Notes under the pieces: model-generated
What the model was told of the DNA's origin: nothing
The model's database searches: none
What the model saw: only the letters and a program-made list of their open reading frames with translations
Program-made: the position numbers and the translations under genes
Part shown: positions 18,414-27,056 of the stretch, one piece after another
Numbering within the stretch: the first letter of the stretch is position 1
Layout of the letters: each line of letters begins with the position of its first letter
Assembly: GCA_030599585.1 (NCBI GenBank)
Contig: JAUVNS010000020.1
Coordinates: forward strand, 1 to 64,000
Direction: 5' to 3'
DNA: 64,000 bases
Source: Promethearchaeota archaeon
GTDB taxonomy: Archaea; Asgardarchaeota; Lokiarchaeia; Sigyniarchaeales; SOKP01

Positions 18414-19445
18414 ATGGCAGTTGACATAATTTCAATTGTAGTAGTAGTTTTAATTGCCTTGGCAATCGCCCTCGCATTTTCTATAGGCGCAAACGATGAA
18501 ACTCTATCCACTTTAGTGGGAGCTGGAGTTATTAAATTCAAGGTAGCCTTATTGATTGGTGGCATAGCAGTTGGAGTAGGGATGTTCTCCTTTAGCTTTG
18601 CGTTTGTAGCAAAAACCGTTGGTGCTGATTTATTAGGTGAGGCGGTAACGTATACAGAATTTATGTTGTTAGCGGTATTAATAAGTAGTATTTTGTGGTT
18701 AGTAATTGGCAGTTTCGCAGGAATTCCCTTAAGTAGCACCCATTCATTAGTAGGAAGTATATTTGGAGTTGTAATTGTATATGCATTAACACATGGAAAT
18801 GTTAATATGGAAACTGCATTTGATTGGGAAAAATTAAGTAATGTAATTCTTGGTTGGTTCATTTCTCCATTATTTGGATTGATCATTACATATGTTCTTT
18901 TCAAAATACTTGCAAAAGTATATCTCTCCAAATTAAAAGGTTTAAATCAAATCGAGAAATCTGAGAAAAATTTCAAGTGGTTATTATTAATTGCAGTAAT
19001 TTTTGCTGAGATATGGGTGGGAGCAAATTCTGGCGAGGCGTTAGGGATTCTTTATGGATTATTGGATGGAGGTACGTTGAACTTGGAGCAATATATATTT
19101 TTTGCATTTATTTGTGGTGTTTTCTCTTGTCTGGGGATATATATTGCAGCACGGTATGTAATTAGAAATTTAGCTTCTCAAATGATGGATTCTCGACCGA
19201 GCGAAAGCCTCATTACTCAAATTAGTTCCGGCTTGATTCTCATGATCGCTACTTTATTAACTTTGCCAATATCTCATAGCCATGTAATAGTATTTTGCAT
19301 AATTGGAATGAGCGTGGCGCAAAGAAAAGAAGTTGACTACAAAGGTTTAGGAAAAATGGCGATATACTGGGTTCTCACTTTTCCAGTTGCTGCGATTCTT
19401 GCAGGGTTGATTTATTATGGATTTAATTTATTTGGATTAGGCTAA
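18414..19445 (+). CDS. pit: PiT family inorganic phosphate/anion transporter
   Basis: Motifs GANDE, GIPLSSTHSLVGSIFG and LPISHSH; multiple TM helices. Confidence 0.88.
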   Translation: MAVDIISIVVVVLIALAIALAFSIGANDETLSTLVGAGVIKFKVALLIGGIAVGVGMFSFSFAFVAKTVGADLLGEAVTYTEFMLLAVLISSILWLVIGSFAGIPLSSTHSLVGSIFGVVIVYALTHGNVNMETAFDWEKLSNVILGWFISPLFGLIITYVLFKILAKVYLSKLKGLNQIEKSEKNFKWLLLIAVIFAEIWVGANSGEALGILYGLLDGGTLNLEQYIFFAFICGVFSCLGIYIAARYVIRNLASQMMDSRPSESLITQISSGLILMIATLLTLPISHSHVIVFCIIGMSVAQRKEVDYKGLGKMAIYWVLTFPVAAILAGLIYYGFNLFGLG

Positions 19446-19505
19446 TAAACTATAAAAAATACTTTGTAATAGTAAAATATAGCACTAATAAAGAAATGAA
19501 AATAT

Positions 19506-20198
19506 GTGATAAAAATGGGTTCATTAATAGAATTTCTTAAAAGAGAAACGGCATTGAATGTTCTAGAAAAAACAATCAAACATGCCCAAATTGTTCAACA
19601 ATGTGTAAGAGAATTAGAAGTAGGGCTTAAAGTATTGCTTAAGGAAGAGAATTTTGAAAAAGCTCGCGAAAACTTTAACAAAGTTGATCTTTTAGAAGAC
19701 GAAGCAGACAAGATAAGGAGAGAAATATTAAAAGATGTTTCGAAAGGAGAATTAAATCCAAGTATCAGACAGAATTTATCACATCTTATAAAAAGATTAG
19801 ATGATGTAGCAAATTGTAGTACGGGAGTTGCTCGTAGAATTACTACCATACCCACCAAATTTTGGGAGCAGAGTAGTGAAGAAACTATAAAACTAATATT
19901 AGAAATAATTGAAACAACCGTAGAAGCGGTAAGTAATTTAGATAAGCTTGTTATTGATTTAGTGGGCGAAAGGAAAAATGTGAAAGACTATGCCCAAAAG
20001 ATAAATCAATTGGAACATGATGTAGACCTCTTAAATATTAAACTAAGAGAAAGTCTTCAGAAAACAGAGTACGATGTAAATTTCTTTACAATTTTCACTG
20101 TTGGCAACATTTTTGACATTTTGGAAGCAATATCCGATTCTATTGAAGGCGTTGCCGATTATATAATAGTACTCCTCACAAGCTCCCGCGTTCTTTAG
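19506..20198 (+). CDS. DUF47/PhoU-like phosphate-transport regulator
   Basis: Motifs LEDEADKIRR, LDDVAN, LEHDVD and LEAISDSIEGVAD. Confidence 0.88.
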   Translation: MIKMGSLIEFLKRETALNVLEKTIKHAQIVQQCVRELEVGLKVLLKEENFEKARENFNKVDLLEDEADKIRREILKDVSKGELNPSIRQNLSHLIKRLDDVANCSTGVARRITTIPTKFWEQSSEETIKLILEIIETTVEAVSNLDKLVIDLVGERKNVKDYAQKINQLEHDVDLLNIKLRESLQKTEYDVNFFTIFTVGNIFDILEAISDSIEGVADYIIVLLTSSRVL

Positions 20199-20295
20199 AG
20201 TGGAATGTTTAACAAATGTAGTTTATTTAAATTAATTGATATTTAAGTAAAACAAGTTATAGTTCTCTTTAAAAAATAAAGAAAATTTGAATATT

Positions 20296-21189
20296 TTAAT
20301 TCAAAGAATTAAAATTAATACTAATATTGGCTAGAAGTTCTTTGTACCTTGAGCGTAGGGTGACCTCTGTAACCGATATTACCTTGGAAATGTCTTTTTG
20401 GCTCACTTTAACATTACGGAGTTTGGAAACCAAATAAATTGCTCCAGCGCAGAGTCCTTTAGGATCTTTTCCAGAAATAGAGGTTTTTAATATAAAGTTG
20501 CGAAGCACTTTCATTGCTTCTTTTTCTACCTCAATTCCTAAACTTAGATCAGCACAATAACGCGGTATAAGAGTTACTGGATCAATATGTGATATCTTTA
20601 AATTCAACTCCCGAACTAATATCTTATAGCATTTCTTTACGATATTGTCGTTAATGGAAGCTTCTGATAGTATTTCTTGAAGCGTAATAGGTACTTTTTC
20701 GTCTTTACACGCATAGTACGCACAGGCTGCAACCATTCCGTTTATCGATCTTCCTCGCAAAAGTTGTCTTTTAAAAACTTCTTTATACAGTCTAACGGCA
20801 GATTTTTTCACTCTTTCAGGAAAATTTAGATTACCCCCTATTCTTTTCAGCTCGGTAATTGCCATTAACATGTTTCTCTTTTCCCAAGACAGATGCGTAT
20901 TCCATTTAGCAGCTCTTCGTAAATCAGGATTTTTGATTTTGGTCCTATCGATAACGGTACTCAGACCTATATCTGGCATCAAGATAGACATAGGAGACCC
21001 TGTCCGCTCCTTTCTATCTTTTTCGTGTTTCGAATAAGCCCTTATCCCACTATGACCAATATCCAAACATCTCTCGTTAACTACTAGTCCACACTGTTGA
21101 CAGACCGTTTCTCCTCTTTCTTGTATGATAAGAGTACTTCCCCCACATTCGGGGCATAAATTTGATGATACATCTAATTCAACAACCAT
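20296..21189 (-). CDS. tfb: Transcription initiation factor IIB (TFB) paralog
   Basis: CPECG...CQQCG Zn ribbon, B-reader ERTGSP, RGRSING-VAAC-Y, GKDPKGLCAGAIY and VTEVTLRSRYKEL. Confidence 0.95.
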   Translation of the reverse strand: MVVELDVSSNLCPECGGSTLIIQERGETVCQQCGLVVNERCLDIGHSGIRAYSKHEKDRKERTGSPMSILMPDIGLSTVIDRTKIKNPDLRRAAKWNTHLSWEKRNMLMAITELKRIGGNLNFPERVKKSAVRLYKEVFKRQLLRGRSINGMVAACAYYACKDEKVPITLQEILSEASINDNIVKKCYKILVRELNLKISHIDPVTLIPRYCADLSLGIEVEKEAMKVLRNFILKTSISGKDPKGLCAGAIYLVSKLRNVKVSQKDISKVISVTEVTLRSRYKELLANISINFNSLN

Positions 21190-21740
21190 ATTAAAATACC
21201 ACTTTACTTATAGTTTATTTATTTTTTTTGTCGTTCCTTTTTTTTACTATTCTCGTTTTTCAAGGGAATAGTAGGACAAATATTTATACTTTTGAACACA
21301 CATAAATTTTGTTTGTTATCTCAATCAATGATAAATTTATATTTAAATATTATGCTTTTGTAATACAAATTTTGTTTTTAGTAGTACTTTTTTTTTTTTT
21401 TACCCTAATTTCCCGTGAACAATAGGAATTTATATAATTTGAATATAAATATTTATTTTTGAATTAATAATAGATATATCATTAGGGTATATATTTTGAT
21501 TAAAAAATGTCTTATCTTGAACCTTGGGTGAAACGATGTCCTTGATTTTGCTTCTTGAAAATTAAGATATCTCATTTTTCATGCAAAGAAAATTACGGCT
21601 TTATTCTTTATCGAGTTAAAATAAGTAAATAGTTATCGTCTTATCTTTTTACATAATATTAAATAAAACTTTTAACACTAATTTTTTGATCTTATTTTCG
21701 TCTTTTTAAAAATAAAGTTTTCTTTTAAGGTGAAAAACAG

Positions 21741-22745
21741 ATATCGCAAGAACCGGAAAAATCAAATAAGAAAGAAAATCCATCCACGATGAATGACAAG
21801 AGTTCGAGTAAGGATAAATCAGAAGATAAACCTAATATGACCGAAAAAGAAATAGAAAATATTAATCTTAACGACGAAAAGATAAAGCGGTATATGAAAC
21901 AGTACAAAGAAGAGAACGATAAATACGCAATTTGGAGAGGCGCGATAACTGAAGGTTTTAAAAAGTGGTTAAAAGGCGAAAAAATCTATACGCGCGACAA
22001 GGAAAGAATATCCTTATATGTTGACGATAAGATTAAGGGAAATTGGCAAAAATTTATAAATAAAAACAAGGAATCCTTTCCTACTTTTTCAGAGCTAATA
22101 AGACAGAGCGTTAAGTCATTTATGGAAGATTCGAGTAGGGTGTCGAGCGAGTTATCTAAACTTAACCCTAGTACCCTATCTAACATCTCTCACGCTTTAA
22201 AGGAACCTCTCACATCTATTAAAGGCTATTCTCAGTTACTTCTTGAAAGCGAAGAATTCAAGGGTAAATTAAGTGAGCATGTTGAGGAAACAATAAAAAA
22301 TATTTTTGATCAGAGCAATTTACTAGAAAACATTATAAAGAATTTCCTAGACAACATTGAACCTGAAAGTACTCCGTACGACATTTTATTAATTGAAGAT
22401 GATTTGGCAACAATTCGGCTAATAACTAGCTATTTTGAAAGTAAGCATTACATCTGTAAGGGAGTTGTAAGTGGGACAAAGGGTTTAGAAGAATTAAGAA
22501 GGGTGGTTCCAAAAGTTATACTGTTAGACATTATATTGCCTGATTTAAGTGGGTATGATATATGTCAGACAATAAAAACCGATAACACTTACAAAAAAAT
22601 ACCTGTTTACTTTCTAACAGCGATATCCGCATCAGAAATAAAAAAACGTTTAAATGAAACGCTAGCTGATGGATACATCCTTAAGCCATTTAACTTTTCT
22701 GATTTTAATGTTATATTTGAGATTTTAAATGGAAAAGCGGATTAA
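21741..22745 (+). CDS. RHH-HisKA(DHp)-REC hybrid regulator, copy 1 (start ATA 21741 or ATG 21789)
   Basis: ERISLYV...FSELIRQSV (RHH); SHALKEPLTSIKG (H-box); LLIEDD...LLDIILPD...KPF (receiver). No HATPase domain. Confidence 0.85.
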   Translation: MSQEPEKSNKKENPSTMNDKSSSKDKSEDKPNMTEKEIENINLNDEKIKRYMKQYKEENDKYAIWRGAITEGFKKWLKGEKIYTRDKERISLYVDDKIKGNWQKFINKNKESFPTFSELIRQSVKSFMEDSSRVSSELSKLNPSTLSNISHALKEPLTSIKGYSQLLLESEEFKGKLSEHVEETIKNIFDQSNLLENIIKNFLDNIEPESTPYDILLIEDDLATIRLITSYFESKHYICKGVVSGTKGLEELRRVVPKVILLDIILPDLSGYDICQTIKTDNTYKKIPVYFLTAISASEIKKRLNETLADGYILKPFNFSDFNVIFEILNGKAD

Positions 22746-22995
22746 TCTGAGTATATATAACTGAATGATCTCCATCAAGAGAAAAATGGTGATTTTTCTT
22801 TGGGTTTGTTAACTTTTAAATAAATACGATATAACTTAATTGGGTTAAATTTATTTTTTGTGAAGAATTACTTTTAAGTAAAAAATTAGTTTACAAAAAA
22901 TAAAAATTTTTATAATAAGCACTATATTAATTTTAGATTTTTAAGCGTAAAATTACTCAGAAATATAATAAATGAAAAAATCATAGGTGTAAAAA

Positions 22996-23949
22996 ATTCC
23001 TAACGAAAAGAAGAACGATAGTAATTCAAGTGGTAAGGAAGATGACACAAGTCCAAAAATGACCGACGAAGAAATAAATAATCTGGATTTGAATAGCGAA
23101 CAAGCGAAAAAGTTGATGAGAGTATATGAAGAGACCACTGATAAGTATGCTAATTGGCGTGGAAACATAACAGAAGGTTTTATGAAATGGCTTAAGGGAG
23201 AAAAAATATACGACAGAGAAAAGGAACGTATTTCCTTGTATGTAGCTGATAAAACCAAAGAAGAGTGGAGCGAGTTTATAAAAACTCATAAAGATAAATA
23301 TAACACCATTTCCAAACTTATAAGAGAGAGTGTTAATTATTTTATTAAGCAAGAATCCACTCTAATCAGCGAAGACTTACATAAAATAGACAACCAAACT
23401 CTTACAAACATATCGCATGCGCTAAAGGAACCGTTAACGTCAATCAAAGGATTTTCTCAACTATTAATTGAAAATTATCGCGATGAGATGGAAGAAAATG
23501 TTTTTAACACCATTCAAAATATATTCAATCAATCTTTACTTTTAGAAAACAAAATTATCAGCATTCTGGACAACATAAAAACAGAAACTTCTCAATACGA
23601 CATATTACTTATTGAAGATGATTTAGCTACTATTCGTTTGTTAACAAGCTATTTTGAAAGCAAGGGTGTTTCCTGTAAGGGCGTAGTTAGTGGAACAAAA
23701 GGATTGGAAGAGCTAGCGAATAATCCACCTAAGTTGGTATTGCTGGATATTATTTTACCCGATTTTAGTGGTTATGACATCTGTAAGCGAATTAAAGCAA
23801 GTAAAGAGCTTCAAAACATTTCGGTTTATTTGTTAACTGCCATACCAGGATCAGAAGTAGAAAAGAATCTCGAAGATAGCAATGCTGACGGTTACATTCT
23901 AAAGCCTTTTGATTTCTCTGATTTTGAAGTAATATTTCAATATTTGTAA
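22996..23949 (+). CDS. RHH-HisKA(DHp)-REC hybrid regulator, copy 2 (start ATT 22996 or ATG 23059)
   Basis: Same architecture as copy 1: ERISLYV...ISKLIRESV, SHALKEPLTSIKG, LLIEDD/LLDIILPD/KPF. Confidence 0.85.
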   Translation: MPNEKKNDSNSSGKEDDTSPKMTDEEINNLDLNSEQAKKLMRVYEETTDKYANWRGNITEGFMKWLKGEKIYDREKERISLYVADKTKEEWSEFIKTHKDKYNTISKLIRESVNYFIKQESTLISEDLHKIDNQTLTNISHALKEPLTSIKGFSQLLIENYRDEMEENVFNTIQNIFNQSLLLENKIISILDNIKTETSQYDILLIEDDLATIRLLTSYFESKGVSCKGVVSGTKGLEELANNPPKLVLLDIILPDFSGYDICKRIKASKELQNISVYLLTAIPGSEVEKNLEDSNADGYILKPFDFSDFEVIFQYL

Positions 23950-23981
23950 TAAGATAATAGCACTTTTTATTAAAAAATAAG

Positions 23982-24055
23982 CGGGCTATGAGGGAATCGA
24001 ACCCCCGACCTGCCGGTTAAGAGCCGGATGCGCTACCTGACTGCGCTAATAGCCC
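23982..24055 (-). tRNA. tRNA-Lys(CTT), intron-less
   Basis: GGGCTAT/ATAGCCC acceptor, CCGG-CT-CTT-AA-CCGG anticodon arm, TTCGATT T loop. Confidence 0.93.
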
Positions 24056-24080
24056 ATTTTGTATTCCTTGCCATTGAAAA

Positions 24081-24181
24081 CGCACCTGGAGGGATTTGAA
24101 CCCCCGAGCGCTTACGCGCACTGGCTTACTTGATCGTATAATTTACTCAAGGCCAGCGTCTTACCACTAGGCTACAGGTGC
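24081..24181 (-). tRNA. tRNA-Ser(TGA) with canonical 37/38 intron (24127-24145, 19 nt)
   Basis: GCACCTG/CAGGTGC plus G73; CTGGC-CT-TGA-G[intron]A-GCCAG; long variable arm; BHB central helix CTTG/CAAG. Confidence 0.9.
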
Positions 24182-24429
24182 TCCAATTATTTTGATTCTA
24201 GGCAGAATAATAATAGAAAAATATTCCTGATTATTATCTGCTTGATACATTCAACCTATATTTGAAAAATTTTTATTCTAAATATTGTGATATAGATATT
24301 AAAATAGTTTATTTTTAATAAAATAAAATTCTTTTTATTTTAATCTCGTAATTCCTAACCTTCATGAGAACAGTAAAGAAAAAATATAAATTTTAAGCAA
24401 CATTGACTCATAATTGAGATGATGTAAAA

Positions 24430-24912
24430 ATGAGTGGGGCAAAAAATTTTAGGTATTTGATACCAGATCGATTATTTAAAGAACTTACTAAGAAAGCCGC
24501 AGATGTTCATCCAAATATCGAACACTATTGGATTTTTGCTGATCGTAAAGAAAACTTTGGAATTGTTAATAAATTTATCGTTAACCCCGATTTAAGGAAG
24601 TCTAAGACTCATGTAAAGCCTAGGTCATGGATGCGTTATAAAAAATCGAAGATTTACAACATGCGTAAGTTTAAACAGGAACTTAACGTAGATATAGTCT
24701 GGCAAGCACACACGCATCCATCAGGAAACGATAAACTACACCAAATTGATAAAAGGATACTTAAATATCTTTCAAACGGTGTTATGATTATCATTATTCC
24801 TCACATTCCGGAAAAAGACTTAGAAGGGCATATGGTGGGTTGGTATTACGATAAGCGGTATACAAAAAAACCGATGATTGAGAAAATGGTATTTGAGATC
24901 ATCCAAGAATAA
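24430..24912 (+). CDS. JAB/MPN (JAMM) domain protein
   Basis: N-terminal E (NIEHY) and the motif AHTHPSGNDKLHQID. Confidence 0.75.
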   Translation: MSGAKNFRYLIPDRLFKELTKKAADVHPNIEHYWIFADRKENFGIVNKFIVNPDLRKSKTHVKPRSWMRYKKSKIYNMRKFKQELNVDIVWQAHTHPSGNDKLHQIDKRILKYLSNGVMIIIIPHIPEKDLEGHMVGWYYDKRYTKKPMIEKMVFEIIQE

Positions 24913-25232
24913 ATATATTTCTGGTTAGCGACTTTCCTTTTTCTTTTTTTCCTTCTAGTAGTAGGTTTGAGAAAAGCTTATATTGATACATGCTCTGAAC
25001 AACATAAGTTTTTTGGTATTTTGTTGATGAGGAGTTATTAAAATGCATCAAATTTAGAATTAATCTATAGTCAAAGGAGAATTAGTCTTTTAATAGGGAA
25101 TTATCTCAGCTTTTTTTTTATTCATATTGAATTAATTTTCTTTCGCTTAATCCACTCTATACAATGACAAAGTATTAAAATTTTAAATTTTTATATACAA
25201 AATATACCACTTGAAGATTATATCAACATTAA

Positions 25233-25334
25233 GCAAATGTCGCTTAGCTTGGTAGAACGCTTAAGCGTGCTAAAAGCGCTGGATTGCTAATCCAGTGTCC
25301 AACGGACTCGAGGGTTCGAATCCCTCCATTTGCG
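25233..25334 (+). tRNA. tRNA-Ser(GCT) with non-canonical D-arm intron (approx. 25256-25274)
   Basis: GCAAATG/CATTTGC plus G; CTGGA-TT-GCT-AA-TCCAG; long variable arm; ACGCT-TA-AGCGT intron hairpin inside the D arm. Confidence 0.88.
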
Positions 25335-25357
25335 CTCTAATAGTCTTCAAATAGTAA

Positions 25358-25460
25358 GGGCCCATGGTCTAGTGGTTATGACGTCTCGCTTACACCGAGA
25401 AGGTCGGGAGTTCGATTTTATAGCGAACTTATCGCTCTTACGAAAACCTCCCTGGGCCCA
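25358..25460 (+). tRNA. tRNA-Val(TAC) with 59/60 T-loop intron (25417-25446, 30 nt)
   Basis: GGGCCCA/TGGGCCC plus A; TCTCG-CT-TAC-AC-CGAGA; GGGAG-TTCGAT[intron]C-CTCCC; BHB helix TTCG/CGAA. Confidence 0.9.
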
Positions 25461-25464
25461 CTAT

Positions 25465-26271
25465 TTATAATTTCGATTTATATAATTTCTTAATTCTTTC
25501 GGGCCGAATTGCATTTAATTTGCAGTTTTTAAGATATTTTCCTATATCTGCGATAATTCCTGGAGCTGTAGTAGATTCTCTTAATATTACAATGTTTTCT
25601 AAAAATCCGAATCGTTCTATTGAAACAATGTCTCGGTAATGTCCGGTTTTCACAAGTGCTTTTTTAAATTGACCTTTAGTTTCACCACTTAAAAACACCG
25701 CCTCGAGATTCTCTGAAATTAGTTTTTCGTAAATATCTAACGTTTTTTTATCCAAAATGCCTTGAATTTGTTTTTTTTCTTTATCTACCGTAACAATTTT
25801 AACATAAACAGGGAATTTATTAATAAAATCGTAAGTTTTGATAATTTCTGTCAATGAAACAGTTTTTCCATTACACAGTTGAGTTCTCAAGTCATGCAGA
25901 GTTATTAATACATCTACTTTAGGATTTACAATGGCACAATCTGCAAAAATTCCAAAACCTACTTTTCCTACGTCCAATAAGACTCCTTTAAAGACGTCGT
26001 TTGTCTTAACATCTTCAAATTCATGTATAGCACCAATCTTTTTCTTTAGTAAATTTAAAATGAATACTTCTTCAGCCCCTGAAATCAGAATTTCAAACCT
26101 ATTATCAAACTTCCTTAATTTCTTAATACGTATTTTCGTGCCCGGAAAGCTCTGGCTTACTTCTTTTAAGTATTTAAGGTACCTAATCGAAATATCTTTG
26201 ACATTGCCTTTTTTTGGGATATTATATATTTGATCGTAAAGAACTAGTGTTTTTACCATAAAAATTCTCAA
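25465..26271 (-). CDS. DUF2110-family (S1/OB-fold) protein
   Basis: DVGKVGFGIFAD...GHYRDIVSIERFGFLE...TAPGIIADIG pattern. Confidence 0.8.
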   Translation of the reverse strand: MRIFMVKTLVLYDQIYNIPKKGNVKDISIRYLKYLKEVSQSFPGTKIRIKKLRKFDNRFEILISGAEEVFILNLLKKKIGAIHEFEDVKTNDVFKGVLLDVGKVGFGIFADCAIVNPKVDVLITLHDLRTQLCNGKTVSLTEIIKTYDFINKFPVYVKIVTVDKEKKQIQGILDKKTLDIYEKLISENLEAVFLSGETKGQFKKALVKTGHYRDIVSIERFGFLENIVILRESTTAPGIIADIGKYLKNCKLNAIRPERIKKLYKSKL

Positions 26272-26427
26272 AAATTAGTGTTATGAATAATGTTATAAAG
26301 AATTGCTTAAATCTAAAATTTCCCTTTTTATCACACCGTATCAAGATTTTCTTTCGTTCTAACAAAATTTATATTCTTGTGGTTTTATGATTCATTAAAT
26401 ACAATATTAGAGAATTATGGTGGAGAT

Positions 26428-26799
26428 ATGGAACTACAACGGTTTAATTATTTAGTAGAAGAATTAAGGGAATATAACGGGATGGAAGAGATTTTCGTGT
26501 TGAGTCCTGAAGGTGAAATCCTTTTTAAATCTGAAGAATTCCAATTATCAAATGAAGAAGCGAAAGCCATCTTAAAAGCGTGGAAAGAACATGAACAAGC
26601 TTTAATGTTCCAGAGCTTTAGATATGCCATTTTAAAAAACGATGAGATACAACTAGCAGCAAAAAATATTGTTGGAGGAAAGGGCAATATAGTTGGATCT
26701 ATTACGAGAGAAGGAGATTACATCATAGCCCATACGCAAGATGAGGGTCTTATTGTGCTTGAATGGTCAATTTTTATCAATAAGATTGCTTGGAGTTAG
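26428..26799 (+). CDS. Profilin-like protein
   Basis: 123 aa from an ATG preceded by GGAG. The pattern IFVLSPEGEILFKSEEFQLSNEEAKAILKAW...FRYAILKND...KNIVGGKGNIV...YIIAH follows the profilin fold order. Confidence 0.78.
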   Translation: MELQRFNYLVEELREYNGMEEIFVLSPEGEILFKSEEFQLSNEEAKAILKAWKEHEQALMFQSFRYAILKNDEIQLAAKNIVGGKGNIVGSITREGDYIIAHTQDEGLIVLEWSIFINKIAWS

Positions 26800-27056
26800 T
26801 TGAAAACAACTTTTTTTTTATATTTTAAAATCGATCAAAATTTAATAAATATTAATTATTGATCAAAAAAGTTCAAATTTTGATTAAATTTTATAAAAAT
26901 AAAACATTCAATTAATTCTAATATAAATATTATAATAAGTTTCAGAGATTGATATAGAAATTACTAACTATTTTAAATCAAGTGTAATCTACATACAAAA
27001 GAATCTCTGGGATTTTCAAATTGATGCTAAAAATAAAATTTAAAGGATAGAACAAG

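Noticed and set aside
24081-24181. tRNA-Leu(CAA)
   Set aside because: The CAA lies inside the intron as part of the BHB helix. The true anticodon is TGA, and the discriminator G fits Ser.
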